A program made the position numbers and the translations under genes. 51,004 bases of DNA, taken from assembly GCA_000934665.2 (NCBI GenBank), contig JYFJ02002779.1, positions 1-51,004 of the forward strand, given 5' to 3'. Each line of letters opens with the position of its first letter. Position 1 is the first letter of the stretch. Source of the DNA: Catajapyx aquilonaris. Taxonomy: Eukaryota. Positions 21,812-33,449 of the stretch are shown here, one piece after another. Under the pieces are notes generated by a model. It had not been told where the DNA came from. It was given only the letters and a program-made list of their open reading frames with translations, and made no database searches.

Positions 21812-24800
21812 ATGGGCGTCTCGACGTGGATTACTGCTTTTGTGGTATGAAATCTCTGTTCTCAATTCAACGTCGCGCGATAGTAATTCTGCTCTTTCTC
21901 CAGGTCCTTGGCATATGCTACTCCGTTCCGACAGCAGGGTATTGTTATGCTAGCCTTAACAAGTAGTAGGGATAGTGGTAATGTTTCTGTACATTTCAGA
22001 ATTAAAGTTAACAAATATGATGACTTGATGGCATCCACCTTAAGCTCTGATCCTGAAGACTGTCACTCATTCTACACACACGCCAAAGAACTCATATCCT
22101 GTCCTGAAGGCATGATGTTTGATCCAGTACTACGTGTCTGCGTTGAGGAGGATGAACTGGTATGCATGCATGATGTGATCTTGTCGCAATATGTTGTCTT
22201 TAAAGACAATCTACTCGCCTCAGTTCATTACGTTCCTACTGGTAGGAATTAGAAGTCAATAATTATATTGTATTTTTTTTTTCATTACCCCACTTAGGGA
22301 GCTACCTACTCCTATGGGGGGGGGGGGTGGATTACCACCATCGGGATTNATTTGTTGGAGCTAGTTAAGAAGATCTTATTAGTTACTCCAAGGGCAGGTA
22401 GGAGGGGATGTGCAGATGTGCAAAGTGCATGTGCACTGTCGTTGAGTGGTCATTTTGTGAACTCCCCCGGGTGGATTAGTCTTTAGGAAATTTCCACCCG
22501 AAATGAAGCCAGAGATGGCCCAACTCCGCACGGATAAAAGTGGGAACCCCGGGTGGGGATTGAACCCGGGACCTTCATATCCGTGGGCGCGCGCGTTACC
22601 GCGGCGCCACTTCATCTCCCTAATATATTATAATATTATGAATATTCATTATTTTACCAGGTACATAATATCCGAACCTTTTCCACAAAAGTGGCTGAAA
22701 TATCACCTGGTAAAAATGATTCAATAATGATTTAAGCCGATATTTAACATTCCATGCATGGGTATATTCAAAATATTATTTGAGAGAGAATTACTTGTGT
22801 TGGGTGCAGCTGTAATTATTAGCAAGACTTCAGTATAAACAGCTACAATAATCTTGACATGAAAAATGTAGTACAATATTATTAGCATAAGCATAAATGT
22901 CATCAAACATTGCATGATCTGAAAGGGCACGTTTGTTTCACGATGGACGATTGATATACGCTTACTGTCGTTCTTAGTAGAAGAAAACCTGTTGCAAAAG
23001 TAAAATCTGTAGCTTTCCTAATGTGTTACAAAAGTACAAAAATAATTTTTGGAAAGTTGTGATTTTTCACTTTTTGAAGTTGTGACCTCAGAGGTCAAAG
23101 GTTACCTTCTATGCCGATTACATAATCAGAACACAGACTGCCTCGTTACGCTTTGCTTTAATGATCAAGGTAGGATTACAGCACTTGTTACAGCTCACCT
23201 CAGGGGAGACGACCCCCCAAGCGTCCGCCCTACTTGGCTGCCTACACTCGACTCCCTCCTCCCTCTCCCCCGCCTCTCCCCTCCCCGCCGCCGGCAAGTG
23301 GTGCCTCTCTCGGCGCGGCGGGGAAGAGCAAAGCGGGCAGTACAATTCTGTCACAAAGTCTGATGTTGCTACACACAGGGCGTACTCCGAAAGTATTCAA
23401 CCATGTTTACGTATTACAGCTTCCAGTATACCGTTATGTTATTCATTGCTGAATGGATTCATTGATTGCCAAAGCGCAGGCTCTCCAAGTGCTGAACCAA
23501 GAACTAATAATAATTGCAACCAGTTTCAATATATGGTAATCCGGGGAGGCGGAGTGGTGCTGCGGTAACGAACGCGCCCACGGATGTTAGGACCCCGGAT
23601 TCGATGTTTCGATCCCAAGTCCGGGCATTCCCCCCTTCATCTCGTGCAGAGTTGCGGTCGCCTCTGCCTTCGTCTCTGGTGGGATTCCTGGATACTAATC
23701 ACCCGGGGGAGTTCACAAAATTGACAAAAATTAATGACATTGCACTGCACCTTGCACATCCCCTCCCATCCGCCCTGCCCGTGGACCCGGGCGCTTAGTA
23801 CAAAGGTTCCGATGTACAATGTACTCGTAAAAACAATCTCAATAAAGGTCCGTGCGATATACCCCATGGGGAGGGGGGTGAAAGCACTACCCACGATTAC
23901 AGTAAAACCTCTCTATGTTGGACACCGATGGTTCCATTTAAAATGTCCAACATAGGGAGGTGTCCAACTTATTAGGATTTCAGCCTTAAAGGAATGGTTC
24001 AGTGATTTTGTATGTTGGGCTTCAGAGATCAAGGAAGACTCCCTGATTCCAAAATGTGGTCAGTTTTGGAATCTGACGCCGCGTAAACAAATGCCGTTAG
24101 GTGAAAGTCCATATCCGCTACTGTATTCGATACGGTAAGCGTACAGCCAGCGCTTCCCGCGGAAATGCCGGTACCCTGCCACCACTGTGGCCAATGAGAT
24201 TGGCTTAGTCTCGGAGCCCATTTTTTTCATCTTTTCACGGGACACGGGTTCCCTCTAGCCACAAGAGTGAAAGCTTCGACCACTGCATCGAAGCTTCCAG
24301 TCTTGTGGCTAGAGGGAACCCGTGTTCGGCGCTGATTAAAAAAAAAATCAACTTTGACTTTAAATTTTACGCTTATGGTGCATTTGCCAACAAAACGGAT
24401 CGGATATTTCAAATCAGGGAGTCGTGTTTGATTTTTGGAGCTCAACATGCAAAATCACTGAACCCTTCCTTTAAGGGTTTCATATGCATCACAGTAATGT
24501 AGAGTACCGTACAATTCAAAGTACTGTACAGTATTCATCCAGTATCAACTTTTTTATTTATTTTTATTTATTTATTTATTTTACCCCGTGATACAACTCC
24601 AAGTCGTTATAGGGGGTGGCATACCACCATCAGTTTTCCAGTGTTTCGCAACTTTTCTTCTCTCTCCGGTGCAAGGAATGAAGGACATTGGGTAAGCGTA
24701 AGGATATGGATTTTTCGGGAGGGGGACATGGGTGCAGGTGCAATGTCTCAAGTTTGAGCAGTCCCCCAGGAGGTTAGGTTGCCAGACGCATCCAAGGTGC

Positions 24801-25302
24801 GCGTCAGAGACCACCTCCCGACGCAGGTGAAAGGAAGTTCCCCAGGCGGGGATCGAACCTGGGAAATTTCACTCAGCAAGCCGAGACGTTACCATCTCGG
24901 CCACCACACCTCCCCACCAGTATCAACTTCCAATGCATGTTTATGGACCTTATGGTATTTATTTATTTTCGGTACAGTCTACAGTTCTACACATACAATT
25001 CCTGCAACTGGCCTACTTTTCTGGTTTAAAAAATCGATAACAAGTGACTTTTAAATTTACCACCCTCTACTTAATTAGCGAAATTTCAATTGTCTCTCGG
25101 ACAGCAAAAATTTGGCCAATCTTGCAGCGCTAAAATGTCTCAATCATGCTTCACAAAATGTATTCAGACCTCAGCATGGTTCCATTTTGAGGAAAAATGA
25201 AAATGCACATATAGCTTAAATGTGAAAATAGTGCATATTTACATACACTGTATGTATGTGTTCAGTGTTCGTGTATAATTGTTTTATCATGTTTTTCATA
25301 TC

Positions 25303-25354
<52 letters not shown>

Positions 25355-27050
25355 TGGGTATGGGCGTACCCCTATTGGGGTTTTGCCTGGACCTTTATTA
25401 TTAATCAGCAGTACAGCTGGATCATATTTATCACGCCCGGGCCCACGGGCAGGAAGGGATGACAGGAGGGGATGTGCAAGTGCAGTGCCTTGTCCGCATG
25501 TGGCCGTTTTGTGAGCTCCCCCGGGTGGTTTAGTCTGTAGGAAATACCACCCGAGACGAAGTCAGAGACGACACTTTACTCTGCACGAGATGAAGGGGGT
25601 GTCCCCGGGCCGGGATCGAACCCGGGACCTTAACATCCGTGGGCGCGAACGTTACCGTTGCGCCACTTCGCCTCCCCTCTGTTTTTCATATCATTCTAAC
25701 TTCATCAAATTCTCTGCGTGTATACCTGACCAGTCACCGGAGAATACATTGTCATCGGTCAAACGAAATGGCTTGGTGCTACGTCACCTGCCATTTCTGG
25801 CTACCCCTCCATGGGGCAATGCCGTGATGTTTGTATGTAAGTTATGTACATATGTAACTGTGAAAATGCACTGTCCTCGGTACTGTCCGTGTCTAACGTA
25901 AGAGAAAAAAGTGTCCAACTTCCAGATAGAGGTGCCCAACTTAGCAACATTGCAAGGAATTGGCTTTTTGAAGGTTCCAAAAATATTATCATCATCATCA
26001 TCATCATCATCATTATTATTATATGGTAATCTATGCCGATGTCACTTCTTCCAGGACCCGTGCAACCCAAAGCCTGGAGACAGGATATGGAATGTTCATG
26101 CTCCAAACCCACCATGTACCACCTCTGCAGATGTGGGACACCCAATCTGCGCAAATTGCAGTTATGTTGGTGTTTGCCTTCCGTCTGGGCCTAGTAGTTT
26201 TGCCTATCAGTATTACGAGTGCATTGATGGGCAGTCCTGCAATGAACAGTCAAAACCTCCATCATGCCAAGACTACGTTCCACAATGCCAGGATAATCCA
26301 TTCCAATGCGGAGGAGACGGGATGTATCCGGACACCCACGACTGTTCGGTCTACCACACTTGCAAGGACAAGAATGACACGATTGGCACCTGCAGTGGCA
26401 CCGCATTTAATCCAGGATCGCAGCTCTGCGACGCACCTAAGAATCCCAAAACTTGCAATGTGCCAATTGCTATATGTGACAAGCTGACTCCCTCTACTCT
26501 TAGGCTAAAAATCACAGGAGACTGTCTCGGATATTACATGTGTACTCCAAATACATTCACTAACAAAACACGTCTAGCAGGCACCTACTTCAGTTGCCCT
26601 GATGGTCAGGCTTTTATTGAAAACACCTCCGATAAAACAAAAAGCGCATGTAGTGACGATATGTCAAAGGTGAAGGACCCTCAATGCCTAGCACAGCTTG
26701 CAGACACAGGAGTAGTTTGCTTCAAGGCAGGAGTTAACACAAGACCAGGTAACCAGTGTCCTACAAAAGCCTACTACTGCAGTTTTGATTATAAAACGCT
26801 TGTGAATATTACCTGCCCCGATGGACAAAGCGTCTATAATGGAGCTTGTTACGATTTTACAAGCGTACCAGGTTGCAAAAACATTTGCGAAAATGGCGAA
26901 ACAATGGTGCAGAATCCAGATGATTGTACCACTTACTTCAAGTGTGACAGTGCATTTGATTTGCCGAAGGTCACCAAATGTGGTGGCACAAAAGCCTTCA
27001 ATAATGAAACTAAAACATGTGAATATAATGTGCCCCGTTGTCACACCTAA
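21812..27050 (+). CDS. Secreted peritrophin-like multi-CBM14 protein, divergent plus-strand copy (~407 aa)
   Basis: Exons 21812-21844, 21904-21938, 22000-22159, 26055-27050, phases 0/2/0. Signal peptide MGVSTWITAFVVLGICYS. First CBM14 is degenerate, there is no Thr-rich tail, intron 3 is 3.9 kb and TE-filled, AATAAA near 27228. Confidence 0.85.
22273..22620 (-). mobile_element. tRNA-derived SINE (family of 23543 and 25303)
   Basis: Minus-strand head gtggcgccgcggtaac...gggttcaatccc, shared body (cccgggggagttcacaaaa, ttgcacatc), A-rich tail. Confidence 0.75.
23543..23895 (+). mobile_element. tRNA-derived SINE
   Basis: ggggaggcggagtggtgctgcggtaacg...ttcgatccc head. Body is homologous to the reverse complement of 25303-25679. 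Confidence 0.8.
23900..23985. mobile_element. Left end of a Tc1/pogo-type MITE, interrupted by the TTAA element
   Basis: TA|CAGTAAAACCTCTCTATGTTGGACACC...gtccaacatagggagg, a terminal palindromic arrangement typical of pogo-like MITE ends. Confidence 0.5.
23990..24470. mobile_element. TTAA-flanked MITE (Kolobok-like), 481 bp
   Basis: TTAA|AGGAATGGTTCAGTGATTTTG...CAAAATCACTGAACCCTTCCT|TTAA, ~60-bp imperfect TIRs, internal hairpin at 24242-24325. Confidence 0.85.
24552..24916 (-). mobile_element. tRNA-derived SINE (second family)
   Basis: 13-bp TSD ccagtatcaactt (24539-24551, 24917-24929), A-box TGGCCGAGATGG, B-box GGTTCGATCCC, (TAAA)n tail. Confidence 0.88.
25303..25679 (-). mobile_element. 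tRNA-derived SINE with (ATT)n tail
   Basis: 13-bp TSD tgtttttcatatc (25290-25302, 25680-25692), A-box TGGCGCAACGG, B-box GGTTCGATCCC. The tail is the (AAT)n run at 25303-25353. Confidence 0.9.
25988..26013. repeat. (ATC)n microsatellite in intron 3
   Basis: Direct reading. Confidence 0.9.
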
Positions 27051-27852
27051 CCTGTATCATTGTATATTTTTAGTCTTAATAAGTTTTAGCAAAAGCAGTG
27101 AAAATGTACATTTTACGGTACAGGTATTCCGTGCCATAATTTAAAATATTAAAATAGTTTCCTGCATATAGAAAAGAAAAAAACAATGATTGTGAGGTGG
27201 TTAGCATAATACATGTTTTTTTACCCTAATAAAATATAATTTCTGATATTAATTCTTAATCTCTTTATTTACATACAACGGAACATTCAAGTGGAGAAAA
27301 TTCCAGGGCTATGATCTCGACATAAATGTTCCTTTCACTCACACCCTTAGTACATTAGTACATGTTATTTTCATTCGAGGCTTTTACCTGAACTGTTGAA
27401 TTTTGAACAGTCTGGTCTGCCACTTAGGTAAAATATCTCAAAGGGATATAACATGGTGACAACTGCTTGCGGTAACGAAGTAATAAGGCGCAAGACAACT
27501 GGAAATAATCTGCCGTTTATTTTTCTCTGCGAATTAGTAGACTACAGATTAGACATACTTATGTTCAGAGTTATGTTGTTACCAACCGTTCCCTGATTGG
27601 TGTCGCGTCGCCATGGTCACAGGGGACGGTCCATCATTGTTGACTCCTTCGCAACAAACAATAGAAAATAAACAGAAAAAGCCATCAATTCGATTTGTTC
27701 GTCATCGTTGTCGTCTCATATCGTTCTCGTTCCGGAAGGGAATAACCGTCATATTATTATCATTAGTTCTTTTGTATTGAAAAGTTATAAGGTTAGTTAT
27801 GTTCAAATAGATTACTTTCCCTTGCCTTATTACACCTTAGAGGAAGATTCAA

Positions 27853-27979
27853 GCTCGATTGCACCAACGAAATTACCGATTCGATAGCTCCTAACAGATC
27901 GTTAGCACACTTTAAAAGTGCTCCTAACGATCCATTAGGAGCTGTCGGACCGGTAATTATTCGGTTGGTGCAATCGGGC
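27853..27979. mobile_element. Palindromic MITE (PIF/Harbinger-like termini), ~127 bp
   Basis: gctcgattgcaccaac...gttggtgcaatcgggc. The whole element folds into an imperfect hairpin (tagctcctaa/ttaggagctg, gatcgttag/ctaacgatc). Confidence 0.7.
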
Positions 27980-29485
27980 ATTAGGACCGCTTCTTTCCTA
28001 TTATCCTATTGAATCGTTCCGTAATCAGTGAAATGTATACGTAGTTCTTACACTTGTAAAAACCTATGCAGGCTATTCCTAATTAATTCTCCAATTAGCC
28101 GCAGGACGTAATGCTAATCAACTAGTAGTTTTAAAGGTACTATGACCCTCGCCATTGTCCGGGTACGAGACGGCTCATATTATCAGTGACAATGACGTGT
28201 AAAATTCCGCCAATTTGTGACATTTTTATCCTGGCAGGAAGTTCTGGGTAGGAAGCTGCACCACACCGGAAGTAGACAGCTAAGGAAACTCTGTTCCCCC
28301 CTTCTAAGGCAGCCGCCTTCACATCCTATTATAGGTTTAGACAGCAAGGAAGGTTGTCTCAGTTTACTGGACATCGCTGTAGAGAATGGACGACACGGAT
28401 AAGTCTACCACCATGGCTACTGTTGAAGGCAAGCTTCATTTTCTTGTGGTTGGAATAATACTGTAATATTAATAATACGCTCGTACTATACTAAGCAGTA
28501 TCACTGCTGTAGGGATGGCAAATAAATTGTACGGTACAGTACGGTATAGTCCACATACTGTACTGATTTTCACTGAAGTAGCACACTCGCCATCTAGCGT
28601 GCAAGATTAGGAAGCTGAGTCTGTAGCGCACACTAGCGATAGGTTAAGAAACCTTCCCGCGAAAATTATAGTACTGTATGCAGTACATGTACCGGTACTA
28701 ATATGCATGGAGTCATGCGATGCATATATTTCCCACCCTATAATCAGTATGACAAAAAAAGCACCAATGACGATTAAGAGGTGGGGGTTACTTATGGGAG
28801 TTAGTGACAGCAGATATAAATTCATTCAACGTTACAAATCTTGACCTATCCAACCTCCGCTTTACATAACATTGTCCGCATCAAGTTTCCTAATCTCGAC
28901 CTTTTAATTTCGAAAACGCGCGAGCCTGTCACTCAAAAGTGACTCTCAGTCACGCCTTCGTCACCCATCGTGACACACCCTACAAAGGTCACACGACCCT
29001 CACAATTCGCACCAAACACTAACCAAAACACCTATTACGCAACCAAGTTATTCCAAAATATAGGTCACCAGGTCCGATATTGATCGTCTCCATGCGCATA
29101 CCGCGACCTCATTTTTCCTGTCGTAAACACCAAGACATGCTTCTATTAATAAAATAGTACATATTCAGCCTCATAATGTCGTTAAAAAAAATTCCAATCA
29201 TACTTCCTCACACTTCCTTAAGATTATGGCTGAGACCGGTTTTAGGATTAAACTAGTGAGTAAGCTCGAAGGAGAGAGGCTTTTGTCCCAGATATAAACA
29301 AAACGTGAAACAAACAAGGAGAAAGCCAGATAGGTTGGGGAGGGTTAGTATAAGAAGAGTGAGTCGATCGAAGTGGTGGCGCCAAACGGGCCTCACAGTC
29401 AGTGCAGTCCGGACCATCCACTCGAAAGGGTCATACCTGGTACGCTCCTTCATTTTTTTGCATTTTTCGTATACTATCAGAAGAG

Positions 29486-32400
29486 ATGCCGGCTGATGAG
29501 GAACTGAGTGCGGTACTGAACAGAAGACAGGCAATTAACGAGGCTTTGGAGGATGGGAAGGATGTACGGCCTAAATGGAAGGTGTTCAATCCGTACACTG
29601 AATTCAACGAGTTGTCCAGGAAGGAGATTAAGGAGTATGAGAAGACGTTTAAGAAGTGAGTATGGCCGAAAGTGATAGTTGCGTAATTGGGTTGTCAATC
29701 AAACTGACCTCATTCGTTGCATTGTTTGTTGGATTTCCCACAATTTAATTCATTTCGAATGCTTCCGATTAAACATTGACATGCTAAAGGTCATTTCTAC
29801 TACAAACAGTGCCAAGAAAATGTCCCCTGCTTTGCTTCTTTTAAAAGACACCCCCAGTGCCGACTTTCCTTTTTTTTTGTAACTTAATAGTCGTGCTGGG
29901 GGGCTGGATTCCAAAGTCCAACAATAGGTATGCGGGTCGTCAAAAAATAAAATACGTATAAAAAAAAAGGAAGCTAACGACAGGATAATACTTCAAGGTC
30001 CTACAATGTTTACTTACACTGCGACATTTCCGACAGGTATAAACAGTACAATTTGCGATAATGGTCACTCCAGTATGACTCAAACGCTGAATCACTAAGT
30101 ACTTCCTGGTGACTTATTTCGAGCAGTCTTATCAAAAAAAAGTGAGTCAACTTTTTTGCCTATTTGCATCCCCCCCAAAAAATGTGCTAAAAACGACAAT
30201 AACACTTTCTCGCCTCAAACAATGAGGGGACACGGCTGTCAATTTGGGTAATTAGCACTTTTGTCTCGGGAAATATGCAAATTTTTGGGCGAAGAAAGTG
30301 ACCGCCATTTTTAATCCGAATCAAACGTGATGTGCATTCAACCTCAATTTTTTTTTTTGTAGTGTCCCTGTGTCCTTCCGACTGCACAGATGTGGCTATA
30401 ATTAGCAGCGTCTTTATTGACTAAATGGTTGATCCAGTTCGTGAGAGCTTGGTTGTAATTACAAGCCCACTTGAGCAGGTTCCGGACCGTCTAATGCGAG
30501 AAGAATGCCCACCGGAAGATAGTTGTTTTTCTCACGCAAAACACACCTTGAGACGACAGACATAATTATGACAGGTCGATGACACCGATTATACTATACA
30601 TATGCAAAACTTGGGCATTTTTGCCCTTGAATGTACAGCCAAAAATTTGGGTTGAATCTTTTAGATGAAATTAAATTAAATAAGAGAAAATGTGTCATTA
30701 CGGATATTAGCTAATTAGGACCGGTTGTACGCAAATTAAAGAGAAAATTGCCGATTATGTATAGTGAATTCTTCTATTCATAACCGGATATTTTGCTTTC
30801 ATACAAATGACCTTTTAAAAGCCCATTCATACAGCCACTTTATTTTTCATTTTCGTTCAATTAATTTTTTTCAATTTAAAAACTAGCTTCTAGAGGACGT
30901 TTCAATAATATATAAACGTCCAATGTACGTCACCGGAATCGATTTTGCCACCATCTTTTCGCAGAGATCTCTAAAAATATATCCTTCGCAAAAACAGGTT
31001 CTGGCAGTCTAAATTGGGTTTTCTACACTTCCGGTGGTTGCCACAAAATTTTGCTCTCGCAGAAACTTTTTATGTTGAGGTAGAGCCAAAAATATTGAGT
31101 GTGAAGGACCTTGGTTCGATATGTGCGGAAAAAAAAGTGCCGGCGAATACCAGTAACCATTTGACCTGATTTTCCCGGGGCTGGCTGCTGAGGGAGGAAG
31201 CATCCGAGTGAACCTTGACCCAGAACTGGAATCGACTTGATCTGGTGGATGGCGGAAAACGCGCAATTTTCACACCCGAAAAAGGGCGATCACACACACA
31301 CTGAAACAAACGGCTGGGTAAACAGAGCCTGGAATTGGGGTCAATTTTTTTTGGAGGCGGCTGTCCAAGCCCCCCAAAAAATGACCTTTGAGTTACAGAC
31401 CTTCACCCCTAAATTTCGACAGAAGTCTGCGAAATTTGCATATTACAACGACCCAATATGTTTTTTGGCACAATCGTAGGCACAACAATACGGAAACGGG
31501 TTGTACAGGTTTGGCAAAATTTTCTACCAACCCCATCAATTTGGTGTCCTCGATTTTTCCTAGCGAATACGGCTTTCGGATGTGGACAAGTATTGCAAAA
31601 ATATTTTTTATGGAGGTCACTGCGGCATAATGGTCATGCTAACAAATCTGGGATTGGTTGTGGTTGAATGCCAAGGGCTGGCAATATTCATGTGCATGCG
31701 TCACATTGCGGTATGTGGATATGTGCAACTTGTAACTAGGAGAGCAGTATTGATAGGCATGTTTGTAGTAAAACTTGTCACAGGGCATGAACAGTGTGAG
31801 ATGACTACATAGTACCCTGCTGGATAGTATGAATAAAATTTTTCCTCAATTTTAATTCATGCAGCCGGGCTATGTCCGTTGAGTAGCTTTCTATGTAGCC
31901 AAACGCAGCCTGATGAGCTCACTGAACTGTCATAAACTGGTGTGAACTGTACTTTATATTCCGTTGCACTACCAATCTCAGTGGCATCATACTCCAAGAT
32001 TGGATAAATGCTTAATGACCACATGATGTGTAAACCAAGCTTTACAGCTGGCCATATCTTGCAGGAACAATTATCTGGTTTTTTTCAACTTGGAGTGACT
32101 CACCCCTTTTGTGCCTTGCAGATACGATGTGAAGAAGGATGGATTCCTAGATCTGGAAGAGTTGAAGCGGATGATGGAGGCACTGGGGGCTCCGCAGACT
32201 CATCTGGGCTTGAAGGCGATGATCAAAGATGTGGATGAGGATCATGATGGAAAGATCAGCTTCAGGGAGGTAAGCCGGCCTGTCAATAAATGGGGAAAGA
32301 AGCAGTTAAAACGTTTGATTGGATCTGGGAAGACTTTTACGTGCCGCATATATCATCCCCAGAAGGGGGAAAGTTTCATTTAAAAATTTAATTACCTCCC

Positions 32401-33449
32401 CCACTATTTTAGGCCAATTTCCTCACTTCGTTTTAAACGGCACTTCCTATATCAGGGAAGCAGGACACTTGCTGAAAACAAGTTGCTTTTCCCTTGGCCC
32501 ACCTGGGCAGAATGAGAGGGTTTGATTTCACTTGTCCTTGCAGAGAAAGCAAATGACATGTCAAATTGTCCCTTCCCATCCCGAAAGGCAATTCACACTC
32601 TGCGGTTGGGCCAGGGTCATCAGTAAGGTCCTCCAGTCACATTTTATGCCACACATGCCTTTCCTTTCGAGGCACACAAAACAATCTACAAACCAGTCTT
32701 CCTTCAGGAACTACTGTAGTAAAATGTAACTTAATACCAGGTCAAACTCCCAATAAAAAGGACACCTACCAGTCCTGCTCTAGACCTTGAATGTGGAGTT
32801 ATGCAAAGTTTCCCATTCAACCTACTGTTATCATTCATCAAATGTGTTACTACAAATAAATGTGACAACACCAACTTGGGTGGAATGAGGCTGTACTGAG
32901 CAAAATACATCACGCAATCCACATCTCATAGTGCATAATGTTAATTCCGAGTAGACAAAAATAAACAACGCACATAAATTCTTGCAATGCAGTGACGCAA
33001 CAAATAATATGATAAAACTAATCTTAATGGTTAATGACTTCCCCCACATAATCTACAACATGATTATGAGTTTTTAATGTGTACTAAATTTCCCAGTTCC
33101 TGCTGATATATCGGAGGGCCAGGGCTGGCGAGCTGGAAAACAACAGTGGTCTGCAGCAATTGGCTGCTCTGACAGAAGTGGATGTGGAGCAAGTTGGAGT
33201 CGGGGGAGCCAAGGATTTTTTTGAAGCCAAGGTACATAGTCTGGGGCATACGCTAGCAAAATAAACTGCGGACATACTCATGTCACGACCTCTTTCCAGA
33301 TTGAGAAGCTGAAAATAACCAGCCAATATGAGGAAGAAATCCGTCGTGAGCAAGAGGAAAAGAAGCAGGAGGAAATGGATAAGAAGCAGAGGAAACTGGA
33401 ATTCAAAGAAAAGGCCAAGCTCTTCGAGAACGGAGCTCAGGCATACTGA
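29486..33449 (+). CDS. EFHD2: EF-hand domain-containing protein D2 homolog (swiprosin-1), 200 aa
   Basis: Exons 29486-29655, 32122-32269, 33097-33231, 33300-33449, GT-AG and in frame. Motifs VFNPYTEF, two EF-hands (DVKKDGFLDLEE, DEDHDGKISFRE), APQTHLGLKAMI, EVDVEQVGVGGAKDFFEAK and a C-terminal coiled coil. Confidence 0.95.

Noticed and set aside
25600..25679. tRNA-like A/B boxes (also at 4280, 22560, 23550, 24850)
   Set aside because: They are SINE heads with bodies, tails and in several cases TSDs, not stand-alone tRNA genes.
25911..26054. Poly-Ser N-terminus of the 379-aa ORF
   Set aside because: Intronic (ATC)n repeat; the acceptor ttccag at 26054 and paralog homology start the exon at 26055.
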